Source: Terriglobales bacterium (lineage in GTDB: Bacteria > Acidobacteriota > Terriglobia > Terriglobales > Acidobacteriaceae). From it: a stretch of 64,000 bases of DNA. The position numbers and the translations under genes are program-made. Under the pieces are notes generated by a model. That model saw nothing but the letters and a program-made list of their open reading frames with translations, made no database searches and was not told the origin of the DNA. The stretch spans positions 4,958-68,957 of the forward strand of contig DASZHW010000156.1 in the NCBI GenBank assembly GCA_035937515.1, given 5' to 3'. Shown here in pieces: positions 9,546 to 18,592 of this stretch (position 1 is its first letter; each line of letters opens with the position of its first letter).

Positions 9546-10462
9546 TTGTTCGGGTGAGTATCGCTTTCCGCGCTGCCACTTGACGAGACCGCAGAGCCCG
9601 CGGCCGGCGCTTCACTGACCGCTTCAGGACTCACCGCTTCGGCAGATGGAAGCTTCGCGGTGGCCAGGATTTTCTCCAGTCTGGCAAGAACTTCGCTCCG
9701 GTCCACTTTGGCGATTTCGGCCTCGGGTTTGGTCTGATCTTTGCCGGTAGTCACAGCCAGGGCAAACTCGTAGCAGGTGCCGTTGCGGAAGGCGTGATAG
9801 TACTCCGCTTCGGTCTGGTCCGTGGACGCGGAGTCGCTGTTCTCGACTTTAGTGAAATCGTTGGCTCCGGCCTTCACCACTTCCGGCGTTTTGGGCTGCG
9901 AATCTGATTCCGGAAAGGCGAATTGCGAGCATTCGTTCGCCGTCATCCCCGGCTTGATGCTGAGGCTGATGAGCCCGGATTCGAAATCCGTCCCGGGATA
10001 AGAGTTATCCGGCAACTCGACCGCCGCCAGTGTGGTCCCGCCCGGCTGAACAAAATTCGTACCTTTCACCTCCATCGCGCTCCAGGCTGCCTTCGCGCTC
10101 TCGCCAGTTTGCAACTGATATTTCCGCGCGAAGCGGAACGACACGCCGTAATCGCGGTTCACATATGAAAGAGTGGATGCCCTCCGATTCTTGTTCTTCG
10201 CGGGCGTTGGTTGCGGAGCGGGAACCGCCGCCACCGGTGTGCTCGGAGCCGGAGTTGTGACCGGCGCCGATGGTTGGACCGCCTGCTGCACCACCGCGGG
10301 CTTGCTTCTCTGGGAACAGCTGCCAATGATGATCACCGCCGCGAACAGGCCCAGCGCGCCCAGAGCGCCCAGGGTTTGGTTCGTGATTCCGCGGCTGGGT
10401 TCTTCGGCCGCGCCGCGCTGAGTAGTGGTTGATTGCTTTCCGGACAAATTGAGCTGCGTCAT
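9542..10462 (-). CDS. hypothetical membrane-anchored, Pro-rich protein
   Basis: TM helix then a Pro/Ala-rich linker. ATG 10462 is preceded by GGGAGGAAAAT SD. Stop overlaps the convergent gene stop in a shared CTAG. Confidence 0.5.
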   Translation of the reverse strand: MTQLNLSGKQSTTTQRGAAEEPSRGITNQTLGALGALGLFAAVIIIGSCSQRSKPAVVQQAVQPSAPVTTPAPSTPVAAVPAPQPTPAKNKNRRASTLSYVNRDYGVSFRFARKYQLQTGESAKAAWSAMEVKGTNFVQPGGTTLAAVELPDNSYPGTDFESGLISLSIKPGMTANECSQFAFPESDSQPKTPEVVKAGANDFTKVENSDSASTDQTEAEYYHAFRNGTCYEFALAVTTGKDQTKPEAEIAKVDRSEVLARLEKILATAKLPSAEAVSPEAVSEAPAAGSAVSSSGSAESDTHPNN

Positions 10463-10780
10463 ATTTTCCTCCCGTGTCGACTGCGCCCAGGTAGAGTGCA
10501 CGGAGACGGCCAACGCAGAAAACGCTGATTCGGCGCGGGATACGCAGAAGTCTTATTATGGAAGCTGTGGGGCGGAAAACACGCTGTAGCAATGGCGACA
10601 CGCCCGGAGAGATCGATGCAGGTGCGAGCACCCTCGCTGCTGTGGCCGGTTGAGGGGGAAATGGCACCGTCTACTGCCACCCCGACGGCGTGGCGGGAAA
10701 TCGGTGGTGGCCACGCGTACAATCCTGGTGGTCCTTTCGAATTGCGCACGACGGTTTCAACGAACAGGGTTGAACGAAAA

Positions 10781-11566
10781 ATGAAGCTCGCTCTATCGCT
10801 CTTGCTGGCTGTCTCTCTCATGCTGCCAATCCCCCCGTCAGTGGCCCAGGCGCCGCCAGAGTCTCGCCGCCCGCCTGATGGTGGAACGCGCCAGGTGCTG
10901 GTGAGTATTCTTATTCCATCTGTTCCCAATGCGCCGTTCAGCGCCACTGTCGTCACCGAATGGATTCGACAACTGGCGGACGGCAGCACCATCACACTGG
11001 GAAATCGCAGAGCCATCGCGCGTGACAAAGCCGGCCGCATCTTCCAGGAACGCCGGTTGCTGGTGCCGAATGACGGTAAGCAGGAGTCGATCGTCACCCA
11101 GATTGAGATCAGCGACCCGGTGGCGCATGATCTCTATATCTGCGTGCCCCAGGAGCACGTTTGCCAAGTGGAGGTTTTTTCTCCTCCTGAATTCATACAC
11201 TCCGGGGAACCCGCCAACTTCGCCACCCGGCGGCCGGGCTCTCCGACTCTCGAGGATCTGGGCAAGCAATCCCGCGCCGGTCTGGAAACCGAGGGCACGC
11301 GTGAGACGACGGTCATCGAGTCGGGTGCGATCGGGAACGACACACCAATTATGGTCAGGCGGGAGTATTGGTACTCGCCCCAGCTTAGCGTCAATATCAT
11401 CAGCAAGCTTCAGGATCCGCGAGTGGGCACACAGAGTTTTGAAGTTTCCGATATCGTGCTCGGCGAGCCTGACGCCCAGTTGTTCAAAGTGCCGGGAAAC
11501 TCCAAGGTCATCGACCTGCGGAAGTCGGTGGACCTCCCATCGCCAAACGACGAGCCTCCCAACTGA
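10781..11566 (+). CDS. hypothetical secreted protein
   Basis: Internal ATG gives a classical signal peptide, MKLALSLLLAVSLMLPIPPSVAQA. The upstream part of the track ORF overlaps the divergent gene. Confidence 0.55.
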   Translation: MKLALSLLLAVSLMLPIPPSVAQAPPESRRPPDGGTRQVLVSILIPSVPNAPFSATVVTEWIRQLADGSTITLGNRRAIARDKAGRIFQERRLLVPNDGKQESIVTQIEISDPVAHDLYICVPQEHVCQVEVFSPPEFIHSGEPANFATRRPGSPTLEDLGKQSRAGLETEGTRETTVIESGAIGNDTPIMVRREYWYSPQLSVNIISKLQDPRVGTQSFEVSDIVLGEPDAQLFKVPGNSKVIDLRKSVDLPSPNDEPPN

Positions 11567-11651
11567 TCTCGTCGTGGCACTTGGCGGTGCGAGTTGCGCA
11601 GCGGCCCCTTGCGTAATTCCCTTCCGGCCGACGATACTGGGTTACACAATC

Positions 11652-13151
11652 ATGAAAACCAATCTTTCTCTTTCCGCGCCCGCAGAAGTTGAAACCGAGT
11701 GTCTGGTAGTTGTCGCCCTTGATAAAGGCGAAAAGGACAAGCCGCAGGTTTCCATCGAGTCTTCCGACGCCGCCGTCAAGAACGCGGCCGCAGAGCTGAT
11801 CGCGAGCGGGGAACTGACGGCCAAGTCTTTTGAGGTTACGCTGCTGCATGGCCCGGGAAAGCTGAAAGCCAAGCGGCTTCTTATTCTGGGCGGCGGCAAG
11901 GCCAAGACGTTCTCTGCTTTCGATCTGCGCCGGATCGCGGGTGCTGCCGTGCGAACCCTCAAATCGCGCGGCCTGCGCAGCTTTGCCATCGTGGCCCCGG
12001 AAGCCGGACTCAAACCTGAAGAAGCGGTCAAGGCTATCGTTGAAGGCGCGTTCGTCGGCAACTTCGATCCCGACTATTACAAGAGTGACCGCAAGGACCA
12101 GAAGATTGATGCGCTGACCGTGGTGGCGCGTGGCGACCAGGCGAAACTTCAGCAAGCCATGGACGAAGCCCGCATCATCGGCGAATCGCAGAACTTCACC
12201 CGCGATCTGGTCAATGAGCCCTCCAACCATATGACCCCGACCATCATGGCCGAGCGCGCCCAAAAAATGGCCGCGGAAGTCGGACTGAAATGCGAAGTCT
12301 ACGGCGCGGACAAAATCAAGGAACTCAAAATGGGCGCCTTCTGGAGCGTGGCCCAGGGTTCTGATGAGCCGCCAGCGCTGATTGTGTTGCGTTACGAACC
12401 GGCCGGCGCTCCGGAAAGGCCGGTGCTGGGGCTGGTCGGCAAGGGCATCACCTTCGACACCGGCGGCATTTCCATCAAGCCCGCCGACGGCATGGAAAAG
12501 ATGAAATATGACATGGCCGGCGGCGCCGCCATGATCGGCGCCATGCGCGCCATCGCCCTGCTCAAGCCCAAGGTGAAGATCACCGCCATCATCTGCGCCA
12601 CCGAAAACATGCCGTCAGGCAAGGCGCAGAAGCCGGGTGACGTGCAGATTGCCATGTCGGGCAAATCGATTGAGATCATCAACACCGACGCTGAAGGCCG
12701 CCTGGTGCTGGCCGACGGCCTCTACTATGCGCGCCAGCTGGGCTGCACTCACCTGATCGACGCGGCCACGCTCACCGGCGCAGTGGTGGTGGCGCTCGGC
12801 TACACCAACGCCGGCATCTTCGCCAACAACGAACCGATGTACGAGCGCTTCACCCAGGCTCTGGCCAAGGCCGGCGAGAAGATGTGGCGCATGCCGCTGG
12901 ATGACGAGTACAAGGAAATCATCCGCTCCAACATTGCCGATATCGTGAATTCCGGGGGACGCTGGGGCGGCGCCATCACCGCGGCCATGTTCCTCAAGGA
13001 GTTCGCCGAGGACACGCCCTGGCTGCACCTCGACATCGCCGGCACCGCGTGGATGGAAGACCAGAAGCCCTGGATCGCCAAGGGTCCCTCGGGAATCGCA
13101 GTACGCAGCCTGGTGGAGTTTGCCCGGGACTTTGCCGATAGCAAGATCTGA
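11652..13151 (+). CDS. pepA: leucyl aminopeptidase (M17)
   Basis: NTDAEGRLVLAD and VGKGITFDTGG motifs. The 740-aa track ORF is an artefactual N-terminal extension; the start was set at MKTNLSL. Confidence 0.9.
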   Translation: MKTNLSLSAPAEVETECLVVVALDKGEKDKPQVSIESSDAAVKNAAAELIASGELTAKSFEVTLLHGPGKLKAKRLLILGGGKAKTFSAFDLRRIAGAAVRTLKSRGLRSFAIVAPEAGLKPEEAVKAIVEGAFVGNFDPDYYKSDRKDQKIDALTVVARGDQAKLQQAMDEARIIGESQNFTRDLVNEPSNHMTPTIMAERAQKMAAEVGLKCEVYGADKIKELKMGAFWSVAQGSDEPPALIVLRYEPAGAPERPVLGLVGKGITFDTGGISIKPADGMEKMKYDMAGGAAMIGAMRAIALLKPKVKITAIICATENMPSGKAQKPGDVQIAMSGKSIEIINTDAEGRLVLADGLYYARQLGCTHLIDAATLTGAVVVALGYTNAGIFANNEPMYERFTQALAKAGEKMWRMPLDDEYKEIIRSNIADIVNSGGRWGGAITAAMFLKEFAEDTPWLHLDIAGTAWMEDQKPWIAKGPSGIAVRSLVEFARDFADSKI

Positions 13152-13239
13152 GAAGCATCCCTTCCACCCCGGTCCGCATCTCATGCGGGCCGATGTATGC
13201 GGGATCGGTGTGCAATCAACTTCACTCGGGAGGTCTTCT

Positions 13240-13455
13240 ATGAAGGCTTTGTTTGCTGTGGGGCTTGCTGTGCTGATCCTGGGGATTCTCTCGTTTTTTG
13301 TGGCCATTCCTCATTCCGAGAATCATGGCATCAAGGCGGGTGATGTCAATATCGGCGTTCAGACTCATGAGAGCGAGAAAGTTGCGCCCGCCATCAGCGT
13401 GGTGTTAGTCGTGGCCGGGGCCGGGCTGATGATCGCGGGCCGGGGCAAGGGCTAA
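13240..13455 (+). CDS. small two-TM membrane protein
   Basis: 71 aa with two hydrophobic helices; GGGAGG SD 8 nt upstream of the ATG. Confidence 0.5.
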   Translation: MKALFAVGLAVLILGILSFFVAIPHSENHGIKAGDVNIGVQTHESEKVAPAISVVLVVAGAGLMIAGRGKG

Positions 13456-13496
13456 CTCAAAAACGGGTGGTCCTGTTTTGCGGAGCGCAAAGAAAC

Positions 13497-13529
13497 AGCC
13501 TCCGGCCTGAGCCGGAGGCTTTTTTATTC
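13497..13529 (+). terminator. intrinsic terminator (possibly bidirectional)
   Basis: AGCCTCCGGC-ctga-GCCGGAGGCT followed by TTTTTTATT; lies between convergent genes. Confidence 0.75.
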
Positions 13530-13575
13530 TGGTCACGACCAAGGTCTTTACAGGTCCATCCTTACCGGTCCATCC

Positions 13576-13878
13576 TTATCGATCCCAGTCACGATCGGTG
13601 TGCCATTGGTGATTGTGGCCATCCCACCATCCGTGATACGAGTTCCAGCAGCGCTCCCGCTCGGCATTCAAATCACGCCGCCGCTGATCCGCCTGGTGGC
13701 TGCGTTCGCCGTGCTTGCGAATCGCCTCGTCAAGCTTCATTTCCCTGCGCTCGATTTCCCGCTGGCACTTGGCATGATCGTCTGCGTATGAGGCAGGCAC
13801 GCCAACCAGCATCGCAGTACCCAGAGCCATACTCGTAACCGCCGATATCGCAAACTTCTTAAATCGTTGTAGTTTCAA
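13576..13878 (-). CDS. small secreted His/Trp/Arg-rich protein
   Basis: TTG start preceded by AGGAGG; signal peptide ...MLVGVPASYA. The upstream part of the track ORF has no support. Confidence 0.45.
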   Translation of the reverse strand: MKLQRFKKFAISAVTSMALGTAMLVGVPASYADDHAKCQREIERREMKLDEAIRKHGERSHQADQRRRDLNAERERCWNSYHGWWDGHNHQWHTDRDWDR

Positions 13879-14086
13879 GCAGCCCTCCTGTCTGAATCTA
13901 GACCGCACTATTTTGATTGAAAGTTGTGCTTCAACGTTGCCCGTTCGCGGGATAAATGTGTTCTCCGGTCCCATTTTGGCGCTTGCCCCGAATTGGTTCA
14001 TTCGTGGCGGGCAGGATGTAGAGATACCTTTCGGGCAAGCCCACAAGGACAAACCCGAGGCGGAATCGACAGGTTCGCCTGCAGCG

Positions 14087-14116
14087 AAAAAAAGACGGGC
14101 ATGATCGCCCGTCTTT
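14087..14116 (-). terminator. intrinsic terminator of the RNase E/G gene
   Basis: On the minus strand, AAAGACGGGC-gatcat-GCCCGTCTTT followed by a T tract, about 65 nt after the stop. Confidence 0.7.
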
Positions 14117-14178
14117 CATTCGGTAGTGGCCATTCCGTAGTGGCGGTTAGCGAGAAGCCGCAGCCAGAAGCAGGCAGC

Positions 14179-16911
14179 TCAATTGATATCGAACTGCTCC
14201 TGGTGCAGCGCCGGATCACTCTTCACGATCACCGTCTTCTTGGTCAGCTCTTCCATCTCGGTCAGCGCTTTGCCGTTGTTGCCCTTGAGCGCCTTGGCGA
14301 CTTCCGGGTTCACCCGCAGCATCACGTCGGCATGCTCCAGATGCTTGGCGATCTTGCGCATCTCCAGGTAGATCTCATTGCACACCGTAGTCACTGACTT
14401 CACGAAGCCGGTGGACTGGCAATAGGGACACGGCGACCCGATGGTGCGCTCCAGTGATTGCTTCACCCGCTTGCGCGTGATGGCGACCAGTCCGAAATCG
14501 TTAAACTGCAGGACTTTGGACGGCGCACGGTCGGCGCGCAGGGCTTCTTCCAGAGCTTGCATCACTCGCTGCCGATTGCGCCGCTCATCCATGTCGATAA
14601 AGTCGATCACGATGATGCCACCCAGGTCGCGCAGCCGGATCTGGCGCACGATTTCCTTGATCGCGTCCACGTTGGTTTTGACGATGGTGTCTTCCAAGCG
14701 CGCGGTTTTTCCCACGTACTTGCCGGTGTTTACGTCGATCGCGACCAGCGCCTCGGTTTGATTGATCACAATGTAGCCGCCACTCTTCAGCCACACCTTC
14801 GACTTGAGCGCCTTGTTGATTTCCTCGCTCAGCCCGAATTGCTCGTAGAGCGGCACTTCCTTGGTATAGAGCTTGACCCGTTTGACCAGCGCGGGCTGGA
14901 AGCGGTTGGCGAAACGCAAGATGCGCTCGTATTCCTCGTCGCTGTCCACCCAGATGGCGGAGAAGTCGGAGGTGACCTGATCGCGCAGCACACGCTCCAC
15001 CACGTTGAGATCGTGATAGATGAGGGTTGGACCCTTGCCCGCGTCGGCGCGGCTCTTGATCTCAGCCCACAGGCCTTTCAGGAAGCGGATATCGGCGCGG
15101 AGTTCTTCTTCCGCGGCATTCATCGCCGCGGTGCGCACGATGAATCCCCCGTGGCCATTCTCGCGCTCACTCTGAATGATGCGCTTCAGGCGCTGCCGTT
15201 CTTCTTCGGAAGCGATCTTGCGCGAAACTCCGGTGTGATTCACGGTCGGCATGTACACCAGGAAGCGGCCGGGCAGGGCGATGTGGCTGGTGATGCGGGC
15301 ACCCTTCTTGCCGATCGGCTCTTTGGCAATCTGCACCAGGATTTCCTGGCCTTCCTTGAGCAGGTCAGTGATCAGCGGCATATTCTGCTGTTCGTTCCGC
15401 CGGAAGCGGCGTCCTCCGCCTCCACGGCGGCCGCCACGCTGGGGCCGGCGGTCGAATCCGGGACGAGGCGCGCGCTGAGTGTAGCCGGCGGTACCGGCGG
15501 GAGCGCGAACTTCAGCCCTGGCCTCGGTCATTCCGCTTCCCCCGGCTTCGGCGGCAAGAGCTGCTTCCGCTTCCGCCTGGGCCTCGTCGAGTTCGGCCTC
15601 CTCTTCCGCCTCGTCGTCGACTTCCTCGGCAGCGGCTACGTCCACAGCTTCAGGTGAAACCGGCTCCGCGGAAAATGGCACTTCGCTTACTGCAGGCTCC
15701 GCCGAGGCAGCGATTTCGTGCGGGGTCTCGTGCTGCTCACCTGCGGCGTGGGTTTCCTCTTCGAGTTCCTCGAAAGCGGCATCTTCCTCGAGTTCCTCGA
15801 CGTAGTGCGCCAGGTCGGCTTCTTCCTCTTCGATCTCTTCTTCCTCCACCGTGCCTGCTGCCGTCGCGGGCGGCTGGTCGGAATGCTCGGCCACCACTAT
15901 AAGTTTGTCATCTGATTCATCGGCGGTTTCCTCATCGTCATCGCCTTCTTCGGCGGCTTCACCGCCGAATACCGCGGCCACGTTCGCCTGATGAAGCCGC
16001 TTTTGTTCGCGGTCCCAATCGCTGGAGGCGTCAACTTCGCGATCCTGCGCGGGCCGCGCGACGAATTCCGCCCCAACTTCCTTTGGCGGTTCGGGGACCG
16101 TGCCGGCAAACATGGGTTCGTCGTCGGAAAAGATCTGAGCCAGCGGCGCCACCGGTTCGGGCGACGCAGTCGCCGGCCTACCCGCCTGGGGCGCGGGCCG
16201 GGACTGGGCCATCCGCTGATACTTGGAGATGGATTCTCCCGGCAAAATGATGGGCTGGTATCCCGGTGGCGGACCGTACTCGGGCCGTTCATGGCGATTG
16301 CTGCGCTCCGGCGGTTCGTTGCGTTCGGGCCGCTCGCCGCGTTCGAAACGGTCGGGGCGTTCGGCGCGCGGCGCCTCCCGCGGAGCTTCGGCCGGGGCCT
16401 GGGTGAACTTCGACTCCGGAAATTTTTCTCCACGGCGCCCGCGACGGCGGCGTCTCCCTCGGAAGCCGCCCCGGTTGTCTTGTGACTCGGCGGAACCGGA
16501 GGCCTCGCGGTGCTCCCCAGGAGTCGTGTCTCTAGGCTCCTGCACCCGGGACTCCTGCACCCGCGACTCGGACACAAATGGAACAGGTGTCTCTACCGGA
16601 TGGGTCTCGCCCGGCGGCTGGGCCTGATAGTGCTCGGCTGCCGGGCGGTTGGTGGGAATTTCGTCAACTTCGTCGGCGTCCTCCAACTCCATGAAGTCGG
16701 AGACGTAAAGGAACGCGTCCCGCTCCAGGCCGATGTCGACAAATGCCGATTGCATCCCCGGAAGCACCCGGGTCACACGTCCTTTGTAGATGGATCCGGC
16801 CAGGGTGTATTCGTTTTCGCGTTCGAGGTAGATTTCTGCGAGCAGATCATCTTCGACCAGCCCCACTTTGGTTTCGTGCGGGGTGGAAGACACAAACAAT
16901 TCTTTCGTCAT
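14179..16911 (-). CDS. rne: ribonuclease E/G family endoribonuclease with large internal low-complexity insertion
   Basis: N-terminal S1 segment (IYKGRVTRVLPGMQSAFVDIG); catalytic motifs AIDVNTG and IVIDFIDM; Zn-link CPYCQSTG. About 435 charged, repeat-rich residues are inserted after the first half of S1. Confidence 0.9.
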   Translation of the reverse strand: MTKELFVSSTPHETKVGLVEDDLLAEIYLERENEYTLAGSIYKGRVTRVLPGMQSAFVDIGLERDAFLYVSDFMELEDADEVDEIPTNRPAAEHYQAQPPGETHPVETPVPFVSESRVQESRVQEPRDTTPGEHREASGSAESQDNRGGFRGRRRRRGRRGEKFPESKFTQAPAEAPREAPRAERPDRFERGERPERNEPPERSNRHERPEYGPPPGYQPIILPGESISKYQRMAQSRPAPQAGRPATASPEPVAPLAQIFSDDEPMFAGTVPEPPKEVGAEFVARPAQDREVDASSDWDREQKRLHQANVAAVFGGEAAEEGDDDEETADESDDKLIVVAEHSDQPPATAAGTVEEEEIEEEEADLAHYVEELEEDAAFEELEEETHAAGEQHETPHEIAASAEPAVSEVPFSAEPVSPEAVDVAAAEEVDDEAEEEAELDEAQAEAEAALAAEAGGSGMTEARAEVRAPAGTAGYTQRAPRPGFDRRPQRGGRRGGGGRRFRRNEQQNMPLITDLLKEGQEILVQIAKEPIGKKGARITSHIALPGRFLVYMPTVNHTGVSRKIASEEERQRLKRIIQSERENGHGGFIVRTAAMNAAEEELRADIRFLKGLWAEIKSRADAGKGPTLIYHDLNVVERVLRDQVTSDFSAIWVDSDEEYERILRFANRFQPALVKRVKLYTKEVPLYEQFGLSEEINKALKSKVWLKSGGYIVINQTEALVAIDVNTGKYVGKTARLEDTIVKTNVDAIKEIVRQIRLRDLGGIIVIDFIDMDERRNRQRVMQALEEALRADRAPSKVLQFNDFGLVAITRKRVKQSLERTIGSPCPYCQSTGFVKSVTTVCNEIYLEMRKIAKHLEHADVMLRVNPEVAKALKGNNGKALTEMEELTKKTVIVKSDPALHQEQFDIN

Positions 16912-17292
16912 TCGGACTCCGGTCCCGGGCCGTCAAGCAGCCGCGGGATCACCGGATGAAAGGCAGAGTAAAGCTGGGAGGATCAAGCACTGCGATAGCC
17001 GTCCCAGACGTGGGACAGTTCGAGCCTCGGAGTTCTCTCCGTGGCTGTATTCGTTGCGTAAGATTAGGAATCTTTAGCACTTATCGCACTACGCCTGACG
17101 GGTTTGTGACCGCTCTCTCCAGATCTCTCGGTCTAAGAGGGGGCCGTTACCTGCCCGTGGCGTCTTGGCTCAATCCTGCCCGGCTCTTACTGCATTTCCA
17201 GCCGGCTTGTGCCCTCTTCACGCGAGGGCGATCGTAATTAATCTTGTTTTCCGCCGCGTCGAGCGCGGCCATTGCCCCCGTCTTCCTCCGGT

Positions 17293-18378
17293 TCAGTTCA
17301 CGAAACGGCGCATACGGACATTCATCACAATGCCCAACGCCAGAAACATGAACAGGACAGAAGACCCGCCATAACTCATCAGCGGCAGGGGTATTCCGGT
17401 AACCGGCATAAAGCCGACCACCATGCCGACATTGACCAGGATATGGAAGCTTAGCACTGCCACCACACCCATTACCACGAACGTGCCGGCGCGGTCGGGC
17501 GCCGTCTGGGCGTTCTGAGTCAATCGCATCAGCACTATGAAGTATAGCAGCAACACTGCCAAGGCTCCTACAAATCCGTGTTCCTCGGCGAATGCGGCGA
17601 AGATAAAGTCGGTCTGCGGGACCGGCAAGAATGCCAAATGGGTCTGGGAACCCTCCGAATTCCCCCATACTCCCCCTGAGCCCACCGCAATGAGCGACTG
17701 GTTCACCTGGTACCCGGAGCCCTGACTGTCGGCCTCGGGATGCATGAAGCTGGTCAGACGGTCCCGCTGGTACGGCTTCAAAGCATGCCATGCCAGGGGG
17801 AGAAGTAAAGCCGCCCCCAGGGTGACGATGGCAGCCTGCTTGAAGCGAACCCCGCCCAGAAACAAGCCGATGATGGCAATGGGCAGGTAGGTAAGGCCGG
17901 TCCCCAGGTCGGGCTGCCGCAGAACCATGAGCATGGGCACGATGACAATGGCCCCGGCTTTCATGAAGTCCGGCCAGGAGAGCTCTCTTTGATGCAGGTC
18001 GGCGAAATACTTGGCTACGGCCAGGATCAGGATGAGCTTGACCCACTCCGAGGGCTGGAAATGGCCTCCTCCCGGCATTTTCACCCAGCGCCGCGCGCCC
18101 AGGTACTTCTGACCAAAAATCAGCACCGTCATCAGCGACACAATGGCCGCGATATAGAGCCAGTGCACCCGGTCCAGCAGCTTCTGGTAGTTCACCAGGC
18201 TCACCAGGAACATTCCGACCATTCCGCCCGCAATCCAGTAGATCTGCCGGATGTGCGCTCCGGCAAACTTGGTATGCAGGGTCGCACTGTGGATCTCCAT
18301 GACTCCCAGCCCGCAGATCATCAGGATGAAGATCAGCAGCAGCCAGTCAAAATCGCGAAATGAAATGTAACGGGACAT
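17293..18378 (-). CDS. rodA: rod shape-determining protein RodA (SEDS family)
   Basis: 10-TM FtsW/RodA/SpoVE family pattern (GGGHFQPSE, LPVPQTDFIFA, TGIPLPLMSYGGSS); last gene of the mre operon. Confidence 0.92.
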   Translation of the reverse strand: MSRYISFRDFDWLLLIFILMICGLGVMEIHSATLHTKFAGAHIRQIYWIAGGMVGMFLVSLVNYQKLLDRVHWLYIAAIVSLMTVLIFGQKYLGARRWVKMPGGGHFQPSEWVKLILILAVAKYFADLHQRELSWPDFMKAGAIVIVPMLMVLRQPDLGTGLTYLPIAIIGLFLGGVRFKQAAIVTLGAALLLPLAWHALKPYQRDRLTSFMHPEADSQGSGYQVNQSLIAVGSGGVWGNSEGSQTHLAFLPVPQTDFIFAAFAEEHGFVGALAVLLLYFIVLMRLTQNAQTAPDRAGTFVVMGVVAVLSFHILVNVGMVVGFMPVTGIPLPLMSYGGSSVLFMFLALGIVMNVRMRRFVN

Positions 18379-18379
18379 G

Positions 18380-18442
18380 GTCGTCAGTCGTCGGTCTTCA
18401 GGAATTCGTCGTCGGTCGTTGGCCCTCGGCCGTTGGCCAATA
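18380..18442. repeat. heptamer tandem array, 9 units in exact register (GTCGTCA GTCGTCG GTCTTCA GGAATTC GTCGTCG GTCGTTG GCCCTCG GCCGTTG GCCAATA)
   Basis: Read directly. It begins 1 nt from the rodA start codon and is 51/63 identical to the array at 20580-20642. Confidence 0.9.
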
Positions 18443-18592
18443 CCTTTCCGTTCCTGTCTGCAGCCGGGTTTACTATTCTGGTTCCTCCACCTGTCATCTT
18501 GAGCGGAGTCGAAAGACCCCTACTCCATTAACTCCTGTCGCAGAGTAGCGCCGGCATCCTGCCCGCTGTCTCGAGGGCATCTCGCCCTCGGG

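Noticed and set aside
10929-11651. N-terminal 241 residues of the 740-aa track ORF for pepA; similar long N-terminal extensions at 36821..38797, 44736..47066, 58039..59736, 54165..55604 and 10592..11566
   Set aside because: The extensions overlap neighbouring genes or intergenic repeats, are Arg/Pro-rich, and precede internal ATG codons. Those ATGs give canonical N-termini or signal peptides, several with GGAGG-type SDs.
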